From: an uncultured Dehalococcoidales bacterium
Lineage (GTDB): Bacteria > Chloroflexota > Dehalococcoidia > Dehalococcoidales > G020351185
Length of the DNA stretch: 64,000 nt
Direction: 5' to 3'
Assembly (NCBI GenBank): GCA_964354125.1
Contig: CAYGXW010000001.1
Span: 22,474-86,473, forward strand
Part shown: piece by piece, positions 8,984 through 16,877 of the stretch
Layout: every line of letters starts with the position of its first letter
Position numbering within the stretch: the first letter of the stretch is position 1
Notes under the pieces: model-generated
Seen by the model: the letters and a program-made list of their open reading frames with translations, nothing else
Database searches by the model: none
What the model was told of the DNA's origin: nothing
Made by a program: the position numbers and the translations under genes

Positions 8984-10231
8984 TTGATGCCTAAAACTAG
9001 GGTAGTATTAATTTCTGCTGTCTTTTTATCGTTATTTTGCTTATTGTTCGTAATTTTCTTTCCCTCATTAAACCTTGATTCCAGCATTAATAAGATAGTA
9101 AGCCCCTATAGATTTAGCATTTATGGCTGGGAATTGCAGGCTCTGTCCTATGAACTTGAGGAATTTGTTTTCGGTGGTGAAGAGGTTACTGCTGATGAGT
9201 CGCCTTTGGTTTTAGAATATTTTTCTCTTGTCCAGCGAATAAGGGAATTAGAGTGGCAGATTGTAGCTGTTGAAGATGGCACTGGAACCGACGAACTGGC
9301 ATCGCTTGAAGTTGAGCTAGATGTCTTGCAGAAACAGAAAGACGATCTGGAAGATAAAGCAGAGAGAGTTCTGGAAAAGCAAATAAAGGAAACCCTGGCT
9401 CAACTGGATATCTATAATCCGACGGATGACTCCCTGGGGCTTGAGATTACCTTTCCCCCGATAAACTTTGCCCTGGAGAAGCCGCCACGGCTACTTGTGG
9501 TTTCACCCAGGGACAGGATAGATAGAATCAGTGATATTACACTGCGGCAGGATATAACTATGGGAGAAATTGAAGAGATTGAAGCCGCTATTGATGAACT
9601 TGGGGTCTCTTCATTGGTGGTGGGGCTTGGTGGGGTTGCTACCTATCCCGCCTTCGTTAGCAACGACGCCAGCCTTCGCTTTGCCATTAACACGGCAATA
9701 GAAGAGTGGTTGCACCAGTACCTGTTTTTCAAGCTATTAGGATTCCTGTATTCCTTGGATTCAATCGGTATTTCACAAGATTATGAAATTATTGTTATGA
9801 ATGAGACGCTGGCTGGCATAGTCAGCAAGGAAATTGGTGATATTCTATACCAAAAGTATTACTCTCAATATGATGTTCTAAACAGTCAGATTGAGTCGGC
9901 AGAGGAAACAGAAGCTGAGTTTGATTTTTATAAAGAGATGAGGGGGATAAGAATCGCGGTTGATGAATATCTGGCTCAGGGAGAGGTTGAGAAGGCTGAG
10001 GAGTTTATGGAAAATAAACGGCTGTTTTTAGCCTCACAGGGCTACTATATCAGGAGGCTAAACCAGGCATACTTTGCTTTTTATGGTGCCTATGCTGATA
10101 GTCCAACTTCTATTGACCCTATCAGTGTTGAATTAAAGGCACTGAGGCAGAAGAGCGATTCACTTAGCGATTTTCTGAATATAGTTGCCGCTATGACCAG
10201 CCATAATGACTTAATTAATAGTATAGAATAA
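8984..10231 (+). CDS. hypothetical membrane-anchored protein (415 aa)
   Basis: N-terminal TM helix followed by an acidic coiled-coil segment. Divergent from the J-domain gene. I recognise no family. Confidence 0.55.
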   Translation: MMPKTRVVLISAVFLSLFCLLFVIFFPSLNLDSSINKIVSPYRFSIYGWELQALSYELEEFVFGGEEVTADESPLVLEYFSLVQRIRELEWQIVAVEDGTGTDELASLEVELDVLQKQKDDLEDKAERVLEKQIKETLAQLDIYNPTDDSLGLEITFPPINFALEKPPRLLVVSPRDRIDRISDITLRQDITMGEIEEIEAAIDELGVSSLVVGLGGVATYPAFVSNDASLRFAINTAIEEWLHQYLFFKLLGFLYSLDSIGISQDYEIIVMNETLAGIVSKEIGDILYQKYYSQYDVLNSQIESAEETEAEFDFYKEMRGIRIAVDEYLAQGEVEKAEEFMENKRLFLASQGYYIRRLNQAYFAFYGAYADSPTSIDPISVELKALRQKSDSLSDFLNIVAAMTSHNDLINSIE

Positions 10232-10284
10232 AAGATGCTGGCAGGTTGCGCAATAACCTGTGTTTTGTTAAACTGGATAAATTC

Positions 10285-10360
10285 GGGCCGCTAGCTCAAC
10301 TGGCAGAGCAGCTGACTCTTAATCAGCAGGTTCAGCGTTCGATTCGCTGGCGGCTCACCA
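10285..10360 (+). tRNA. tRNA-Lys (anticodon CUU), CCA encoded
   Basis: A manual cloverleaf fold works. Acceptor stem is GGGCCGC/GCGGCTC, anticodon stem-loop is GCTGA-CTCTTAA-TCAGC, and T-arm is CAGCG-TTCGATT-CGCTG, ending in ACCA. Confidence 0.9.
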
Positions 10361-10366
10361 CAATAC

Positions 10367-10395
10367 TTGCAAAACCGGCTCAATTAGTGTATATT
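10367..10395 (+). promoter_or_regulatory. sigma70-like promoter for the zinc-ribbon gene
   Basis: TTGCAA (10367-10372), a 17-nt spacer ending in TG, then TATATT (10390-10395). Confidence 0.4.
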
Positions 10396-10471
10396 GATTA
10401 TGGTGGTTTTCAGTCTAGGTTATCACGAGTAGTGAGATTACACAGAGTTTATCCTGGTTCAATCAAGCAAA

Positions 10472-10517
10472 GGATGACCTTAGAACAAACCAACTATTAG
10501 AAGAGAGGAGGTCATCC
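10472..10517 (+). promoter_or_regulatory. leader hairpin overlapping the SD of the zinc-ribbon gene
   Basis: A 9-bp stem GGATGACCT (10472-10480) pairs with AGGTCATCC (10509-10517). The right arm covers the 3' half of GAGGAGG and the spacer before the TTG start at 10519. Confidence 0.35.
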
Positions 10518-10518
10518 A

Positions 10519-10824
10519 TTGGCTTTTCAGGAAAAGTCTATCCAGTGTTCTGATTGTGGGGCTACCTTTACCTTCAGCGTGGAGGAGCAGGAGTTCTTCC
10601 AGTCTAGGGGCTATACTAATGAACCTAAGCGCTGTCCCTCATGCCGCCAAGCTAAGAAAGCAGATCGTTACCGTGATGGTAGCTCTGGCTACCGAGCTCA
10701 GCGGCAGATGTTCCACGCAGTGTGTGCCGAGTGTGGTAAAGAAACCGAAGTCCCATTTGAGCCACGTGAAGGTAGACCGGTATATTGCAGCGAGTGCTAT
10801 ACCAAGGTCAGACAAAGTAAGTAA
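10519..10824 (+). CDS. double zinc-ribbon protein (CxxC...CxxC twice)
   Basis: Contains CSDCGATFTF...EQEFF...RCPSCR and CAECGKETEVPFEPREGRPVYCSECY. TTG start with a strong SD. Confidence 0.7.
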   Translation: MAFQEKSIQCSDCGATFTFSVEEQEFFQSRGYTNEPKRCPSCRQAKKADRYRDGSSGYRAQRQMFHAVCAECGKETEVPFEPREGRPVYCSECYTKVRQSK

Positions 10825-10845
10825 CACTGGCTTAAACAAAGAGAT

Positions 10846-10880
10846 ACATAGGCTGGGGTAACCCCAGCCTATGTATTTTT
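10846..10880 (+). terminator. Rho-independent terminator
   Basis: A perfect 13-bp stem ACATAGGCTGGGG/CCCCAGCCTATGT with loop TAA, followed by ATTTTT. Confidence 0.75.
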
Positions 10881-10982
10881 AAGAGACAAACGAGCATGAT
10901 TGTGATAATATGAAAAGACTGGATAAAAAGCCCATCTCTTAATCGCAGGGATTGAAACTCAATATGGAGGTCGGTTAAGAAA

Positions 10983-11639
10983 ATGGCTGAAGAAATAGGC
11001 AAGGTGGAAAAGCCAGCGGCAGATAAATTCAGAAAAGGGAGAAAATTATTTTTCATTCCTCTTATTTTTACACCATTTAAACCAGAGCCCGATTATATGA
11101 AATTAGTTAATAAGTACTGGGAACAGGTACAGGTACAAGTGAAAAATCTTGAGGAAAAGTTAACCAAGGTAAAGAAGGTGTATCACGAACTGGTAACCAC
11201 CGGTGGCAGCGAGGGAGCTAAGGCTATTGAGCAACTGAATACGGGAAGCTACCAAATTGTTAAGGGTGTTTTAAGCAACAGAGGGGCTAAGCTTCAACCG
11301 GTTGAAGACAGTGATTTGCTGGCTGAGCTTATGGACTGGAGCCGGTGTCTGGCGACCGGCCTACAGAGTCAGAAGGTATTCTCGCAGGTTTATCAATACT
11401 TTTTAGAGGTTCAGAAAAAAAGAAATGAGCAGATTGCCAATAATATAGACAAAACCCTGAAGGGTGACCAGATTGGGGTGCTGTTGATGAGGGAGGGGCA
11501 TCAGGTTCAGTTCCCATCTGACATACAAATATTTTATGTTGCCCCACCAAGCTTAGATGAAATCAGGCGCTGGTTCCGAGAACGAGAAGCCAGACCCCCA
11601 GCCCAAAAAGAAGATGAAGCTAGAAATAGCGGCACTTAG
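10983..11639 (+). CDS. hypothetical protein (218 aa)
   Basis: Long ORF with coding-like composition. I recognise no family. Confidence 0.5.
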   Translation: MAEEIGKVEKPAADKFRKGRKLFFIPLIFTPFKPEPDYMKLVNKYWEQVQVQVKNLEEKLTKVKKVYHELVTTGGSEGAKAIEQLNTGSYQIVKGVLSNRGAKLQPVEDSDLLAELMDWSRCLATGLQSQKVFSQVYQYFLEVQKKRNEQIANNIDKTLKGDQIGVLLMREGHQVQFPSDIQIFYVAPPSLDEIRRWFREREARPPAQKEDEARNSGT

Positions 11640-11697
11640 TTGAAACGGCTAAATTTTAAATAACTTTTATCAAGTGGGGTTCAAGTATAAAATTTGG

Positions 11698-12168
11698 CTA
11701 CCGCTGATATGTGCCGGTCAGTTGAAACTGAGCCAGGATATACCCTTTTATAGCATTCAAAAGCTGGTTCTTGGATGAACCTGCCCCTAGGTTAAGATAC
11801 CTGTCCAGTGCATAGAGAGTAAAGCAGTACCGGTGTGGATAGCCTGGCGGTGGACAGGGACCACCGTAGCCGATTTTACCAAAGTCATTCCTGCCCTGCA
11901 GGGCACCACCAGGCAGCTGAGGTGTTGAAGGAACAGCTTCTAGCAAACCCTGGCTATCAGGCGGCAGATTAAATATTACCCAATGTGTGAAGACGCCGCC
12001 GGGGGCATCCGGGTCATCCATTATCAGGGCTAATGATTTGGTTTCTTCAGGAACCCCATTCCAATCAAGCTGTGGTGAAATGTTCTTCCCTTCGCAGGTA
12101 TAATTAGCCGGTATTCTCTCCCCCTTTTTAAATGATGGACTGGTAAGTGTTAATGTCATTTCTGCCAC
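11698..12168 (-). CDS. YbhB/YbcL-family phosphatidylethanolamine-binding (Raf kinase inhibitor-like) protein
   Basis: Contains DPDAP...HW and GYGGPCPPPG..HRY motifs typical of bacterial PEBP proteins. Confidence 0.8.
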   Translation of the reverse strand: MAEMTLTLTSPSFKKGERIPANYTCEGKNISPQLDWNGVPEETKSLALIMDDPDAPGGVFTHWVIFNLPPDSQGLLEAVPSTPQLPGGALQGRNDFGKIGYGGPCPPPGYPHRYCFTLYALDRYLNLGAGSSKNQLLNAIKGYILAQFQLTGTYQR

Positions 12169-12185
12169 CCCCAGATTGCAGTTTC

Positions 12186-12884
12186 CTATGACAAATATTC
12201 TACTAGCTGGTAAAGGTTGTGAATTTTGAGCTCTTTGATAACCTTATTAAAATAACTGTTTCTATCAAGAAAAACACCTTTCATACCAGCCTTTTTAGAG
12301 CCGAGAACATCAATCTGGTACTGGTCACCAATATACATTGATTCAGAAATCTTTACCCCGGCCTGCTTAGCAGCCTCTTTAAATATTTCGGGTTGAGGTT
12401 TTAGATAACCCGTTTCCTGTGATGTTACCACTACCTGAAGTAATTGTGAGAGACCCAGCTTATCAAGAAGGGGGGTTATATTGCTGTCCACATTTGAAAT
12501 TATACCCAGGATAAGCCCCTTTTCCTTGAGTTGGGTAAGAGCAGGTAAGACATCATTAAAAAGAACGCGGGTAAACTTGATTTGCTGCATTTTACTAAGT
12601 GTGTTACCAATAAGTTCGCTGGTAGGTTCAATGCCGGCTTCTTTGAACAGCATCGCTTGATATTGGGCAAAAAGGGACTTCCTTTCCTCGTCACTGCGCT
12701 TGCTTATGGGCAGGCGGGAGTGCTCCTGGTAGATAAATTCATCAGCGGCGACAATAGGTAGGCGAAGTGCCTCCGGGGTTACCTTAATACCGAGGTCATT
12801 GAGTATTCTTGCTAATGATTCTTCATGGGGTGGGTCGTAGCAAATAAGGGTTTGATACAGGTCAAAAAAGACTGCTTTAATCAT
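12186..12884 (-). CDS. HAD-superfamily hydrolase (subfamily IA)
   Basis: N-terminal FFDLYQTL (DxY/DxD-type motif I), ISN motif II, and C-terminal YIGDQYQIDVLGSKKAGM (motif IV). Confidence 0.75.
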   Translation of the reverse strand: MIKAVFFDLYQTLICYDPPHEESLARILNDLGIKVTPEALRLPIVAADEFIYQEHSRLPISKRSDEERKSLFAQYQAMLFKEAGIEPTSELIGNTLSKMQQIKFTRVLFNDVLPALTQLKEKGLILGIISNVDSNITPLLDKLGLSQLLQVVVTSQETGYLKPQPEIFKEAAKQAGVKISESMYIGDQYQIDVLGSKKAGMKGVFLDRNSYFNKVIKELKIHNLYQLVEYLS

Positions 12885-13010
12885 GACTACTCCAAATTAT
12901 GGGTCTTGCTCTCCTATTGAGGCAATGGTATTTTAGCTAAATTGGCTTGGTATGTAAAGTAGTCGTGGCTTAATTGAATTGACTTGAGTGGCACTGAGTT
13001 GTTATCATTG

Positions 13011-14324
13011 ATGAGAATGATAACAAGGCTTTCAATCTTTCCCTTAACTGCTGAAGTAAGCGAGCGAGGTCATCTCATAATTGGTGGCTGTGATACTGTG
13101 GAGCTAGCTGCCGAATATGGCACCCCCTTATACCTATTTGATGAGTTCAGTTTACGCACCAGGTGTCAGGAGTTCAAGGCTGAGTTTGGTCAGCGCTATG
13201 CTGAGACTACGGTTATTTATGCCAGCAAAGCCTTTCTGAATGGAGCACTGGCGGTTATCTTAAAGGAGGAGGGGTTGGGGCTGGATGTGGTATCCGCCGG
13301 GGAGCTTACCATTGCCGAATCGGTAGCCTTCCCCATGGATATGCTCTATTTACATGGTAATAACAAGTCAGCCGAGGAAATAGGCTTGGCACTGAAGCAC
13401 CATATTGGTCGTATAGTTGTTGACAGTTTTAATGAGCTTGATATGCTGGCTGAAATGGCTGAGGGCACAGGCCATATACCCGATATTTTACTACGCCTGA
13501 CTCCAGGGGTGGACCCCCATACTCATGAACATATTAGTACCGGTGTTACCGGTAGTAAGTTTGGTTTCTCTTTGTTTAGTGCTGATGAAGCAGTAACCCG
13601 GGCAATGTCACTTCCCAGCCTAAACCTTGTCGGTTTGCATTTCCATCTGGGTTCTCTCATCTCTGATGTTCGCCCATATCAGGAAGCTATTGAAACAGTG
13701 CTTGATTTTGCTAGCGAAATGAAACAAAAGCACGGCTTTGAGCTTGAGGAACTAGATATCGGTGGCGGGTTTACTGTGCAATATACCTTAGACCATCCGG
13801 TACCACCTATTTCACTTTATGCTGAGGCTATAGTGTCTAAAATCATTGCTAGATGCCGTAAATTGAAGCTACCACCACCGATGCTTACTATTGAGCCGGG
13901 TAGGGCAATAGTAGCTCAGGCTGGTGTAGCACTCTATAGGGCAGGTTTTATAAAGGATATACCTGGTATTAAGAAATATGTCTCTGTTGATGGTGGTATG
14001 GCTGACAATATCCGCACCGCCCTGTATGGTTCCAAGTATGAGGCATTGGTGGCTAATAGAGTTTTAGAAAAAGAAACAGAACCGGTTACCATTGCTGGTA
14101 AATATTGCGAATCTGGTGATATATTGGTCAGGGATATTAATCTACCGCCGGTTTTAAGTGGTGATATTATAGCCATACCTGTTTGTGGTGCCTATTGCCT
14201 GCCGCTTCAAAGTAACTATAACGCCTCACTCAAGCCGGCTATTGTTCTGGTTAAGGAGGGTGGGGCACGCCTTATCCGTAAGCGTGAGACCTTCCAGGAC
14301 CTTACCAGTCATGACTTGCTTTAG
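13011..14324 (+). CDS. lysA: diaminopimelate decarboxylase
   Basis: Contains YGTPLYLFDE, YASKAF (PLP Lys), EPGRAIVA and CESGD motifs. The start is uncertain: 12984 (TTG), or ATG at 13011 or 13017. Confidence 0.85.
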   Translation: MRMITRLSIFPLTAEVSERGHLIIGGCDTVELAAEYGTPLYLFDEFSLRTRCQEFKAEFGQRYAETTVIYASKAFLNGALAVILKEEGLGLDVVSAGELTIAESVAFPMDMLYLHGNNKSAEEIGLALKHHIGRIVVDSFNELDMLAEMAEGTGHIPDILLRLTPGVDPHTHEHISTGVTGSKFGFSLFSADEAVTRAMSLPSLNLVGLHFHLGSLISDVRPYQEAIETVLDFASEMKQKHGFELEELDIGGGFTVQYTLDHPVPPISLYAEAIVSKIIARCRKLKLPPPMLTIEPGRAIVAQAGVALYRAGFIKDIPGIKKYVSVDGGMADNIRTALYGSKYEALVANRVLEKETEPVTIAGKYCESGDILVRDINLPPVLSGDIIAIPVCGAYCLPLQSNYNASLKPAIVLVKEGGARLIRKRETFQDLTSHDLL

Positions 14325-14347
14325 ATGTGAAAAGGAGGCTCTGATAT

Positions 14348-15379
14348 ATGTGGCAGGTGGTTGGGCAGAGAAGGGTGGTCTCTTTACTCCAGCGTAGCCT
14401 GGAGAAAGGGATTTTAGCCCATGCCTATCTTTTTGTTGGTCCCCCTCATGTGGGTAAGATGACCTTGGCGCTTAATCTGGCTCAAGCATTGAACTGCGAG
14501 GGAGCTGACAAGCCGTGTGGCGAGTGCCTGTCCTGTCAAAAGATTGCCCAAGGGAAGTATGCTGATGTCCAGATTATCGGTCTGGATTGTGATTTGGAGA
14601 CCAATGAGCTCAAAACCAGAACTGAAATTGGCATTGAACAGATTAGACAGGTGCAACATTCGGCCAGTCTGCCGCCCTTTGAGGGAAAATACAAGGTATT
14701 TATTATTGATGGGGCGGAGCTGTTATCAATAGAGGCGGCTAACTGTCTGCTTAAAACCCTGGAAGAGCCAGTGGGTAGGGTGGTTTTTTTACTGCTGACA
14801 ACGAGCATTGGTCTCCTGCCGGATACCGTGGTTTCTCGTTGTCAGCAGCTGGAGCTTATACCCATGTCGCCTGATGAGATTGAAAATGCCTTGAGCAGTC
14901 AATGGGGTGTGGAGAGGCAAAAAGCTAAGCTCCTGTCCCGGCTGTGTCATGGGTGTTTGGGATGGGCTTTATCAGCCGTTCTTGGTGATGAATTACTAAA
15001 GCAGTATTATGAAAGAAGGGATAATATACTTGACATAATCAATGCTGGCTACGAGGAGCGCTTTGCCTATGTTGCCCAGCTGGCTGCCCAGTTCAGTCAG
15101 AAAAGGGAATCTGTTCAGGAGATATTAAATATATGGCTCAATTTTTGGCGTGACCTGTTGTTGATAAAGGCTGACTCTGCTGGGGTAATCACTAATGTTG
15201 ATATTGAAAAAACCCTCACCGACTTGGCCGGAGATTTTAGGCTGGATGAGGTAAGGGATTTTATCAGTGGTATTCAGGAAGCTAAGAAACAGCTTAAGCA
15301 GAATGCCAATCCACGCCTGGTGCTGGAGGTTTTAATGCTTAATATGCCTGAAAGAAGAGGAGAAAGGGTGCGAGGTTAG
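14348..15379 (+). CDS. holB: DNA polymerase III delta-prime subunit
   Basis: Contains HAYLFVGPPHVGKMTLA, a CxxCxxC zinc module and an SRC motif (VVSRCQ). Followed by a PSP1 gene, as in Bacillus holB-yaaT. Confidence 0.8.
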   Translation: MWQVVGQRRVVSLLQRSLEKGILAHAYLFVGPPHVGKMTLALNLAQALNCEGADKPCGECLSCQKIAQGKYADVQIIGLDCDLETNELKTRTEIGIEQIRQVQHSASLPPFEGKYKVFIIDGAELLSIEAANCLLKTLEEPVGRVVFLLLTTSIGLLPDTVVSRCQQLELIPMSPDEIENALSSQWGVERQKAKLLSRLCHGCLGWALSAVLGDELLKQYYERRDNILDIINAGYEERFAYVAQLAAQFSQKRESVQEILNIWLNFWRDLLLIKADSAGVITNVDIEKTLTDLAGDFRLDEVRDFISGIQEAKKQLKQNANPRLVLEVLMLNMPERRGERVRG

Positions 15380-15382
15380 CTA

Positions 15383-16252
15383 ATGATGGTAGAAGAAGCT
15401 GGAGATAATAAATTGGTAGATGTTGTTGGAGTGCGTTTTAAGAAAACGGGCAGGGTATATTACTTTGACCCATCCGGTATTGAGCTTAAGGTTGGTGACT
15501 TGGTAGTGGTTGAGACGGCTCGTGGTCTGGAGTTGGGCGAGGTAGTTGTAGCCCCTGCAAAGGTTCCAGATGGTGAAGTAAACAAGCCATTGAAGTCGGT
15601 GATACGCAGGGCGAATGCCGAGGATATAGAGCATGCCGATAGGCTCAAACAAAAGGAAGGTGAAGCTCTGGCTGAATGTGACAAGCTGGTTGAAAAGCTT
15701 AAGCTGTCAATGAAGCTGATATCGGCGGAATATAATCTTGATAGTAGTCGCCTGGCCGTTTTCTTTAGTGCTGAAGGCAGGGTTGATTTCCGTGAACTGG
15801 TTAGGGAATTAAGCCGCAGTTTAAAGGTCCGTGTTGAGATGCGTCAGGTAGGGCCCAGGGATGAAGCCAAGCTGTTGGGTGGTTTTGGGCGGTGTGGCCT
15901 GCCACTTTGTTGTACCAGTTTCTTGAGCGAGTTCAACCCGGTTTCAATAAAGATGGCTAAGGAACAGGACCTGCCCCTTAATCCGATGAAAATATCGGGT
16001 CTTTGTGGGCGTCTGCTATGCTGTCTGGGCTATGAATGTGAACAATATCGTATCATGAAGGAGAAGATGCCCAAGGAAGGACAAAGCATATCAACAACAA
16101 AGGGAATAGCCACTGTGGTTGGTAGCAACCCAATTGAGGGAACAGTGTTAGTTGAGATGGAAAGCGGTGTCAGGGTAGAGCTATCCCTTGATGAAATTAC
16201 TGATACTGGTAAGGAAAAAAGAGGCCAGAAGCGTAGGGATACCAAGAAATAG
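15383..16252 (+). CDS. PSP1-domain protein (RicT/YaaT-like)
   Basis: Contains a PSP1 C-terminal domain with the Cys cluster GRCGLPLCC...GLCGRLLCCL. Conserved position after holB. Confidence 0.8.
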   Translation: MMVEEAGDNKLVDVVGVRFKKTGRVYYFDPSGIELKVGDLVVVETARGLELGEVVVAPAKVPDGEVNKPLKSVIRRANAEDIEHADRLKQKEGEALAECDKLVEKLKLSMKLISAEYNLDSSRLAVFFSAEGRVDFRELVRELSRSLKVRVEMRQVGPRDEAKLLGGFGRCGLPLCCTSFLSEFNPVSIKMAKEQDLPLNPMKISGLCGRLLCCLGYECEQYRIMKEKMPKEGQSISTTKGIATVVGSNPIEGTVLVEMESGVRVELSLDEITDTGKEKRGQKRRDTKK

Positions 16253-16291
16253 GTTAATAACCCTAGATATACTTTTCAGTTAAACAGGCTA

Positions 16292-16798
16292 TCAGTAGGT
16301 GAGGTATTTTTGCCATTCGGTTATTTTTTCCAGGTAGGGATGCGGAATATAGAATGGGATTATACTGCGTGGCTGGGATGGCTGGCGAATTAGCTTCATG
16401 CCGGCCTGTTTCGGTGTTCTACCTGCCTTACGACGGTTACAGGGCACGCAAGCGCTGACCACATTCTCCCAGGTATGTTCACCACCCTGGTTTCTTGGAA
16501 CAACATGGTCTATAGTCAGTTGATGGCTTGTCTTGGCACAATACTGACAGGTATAGTGATCGCGGTGGAAAACACCGAGGCGGGTTAATTTTCTCTCAGG
16601 ATGGGGACGCTTAATCATATAGGCAAGCTTGATTACAGAAGGTATCGGGAAGATGTCATTAGCGGAGTGGATGAAACCCAAGCCGTTCTCTAGCATCTCA
16701 GCCTTGCCTCTGAGTATCAATACTACTGCCCGCCGTGCTTGGCATATATTAAGCGCTTCATAGCTCTGGTTTAGTACTAGTACTGGACTCTTTATCAT
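16292..16798 (-). CDS. HNH endonuclease
   Basis: Contains CQYC...LTIDHVVPRNQGGEHTWENVVSACVPCNRRK (HNH with a zinc-binding CxxC pair). Confidence 0.75.
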   Translation of the reverse strand: MIKSPVLVLNQSYEALNICQARRAVVLILRGKAEMLENGLGFIHSANDIFPIPSVIKLAYMIKRPHPERKLTRLGVFHRDHYTCQYCAKTSHQLTIDHVVPRNQGGEHTWENVVSACVPCNRRKAGRTPKQAGMKLIRQPSQPRSIIPFYIPHPYLEKITEWQKYLTY

Positions 16799-16877
16799 TT
16801 AGACTTCTCTTTTTAGACCTATTTTAATATAAAATTCACCACGGCACAAGCTTAAAATTACCTTATCTGATTGATAT

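Noticed and set aside
10246-10500. 84-aa ORF in the supplied track
   Set aside because: It runs straight through the tRNA-Lys gene (10285-10360) and the promoter and leader of the next gene. It has no SD and its composition is not protein-like.
12885-13010. Possible lysine riboswitch upstream of lysA
   Set aside because: The spacer is only about 100-125 nt, AT-rich, and lacks the conserved L-box helices and motifs I know.
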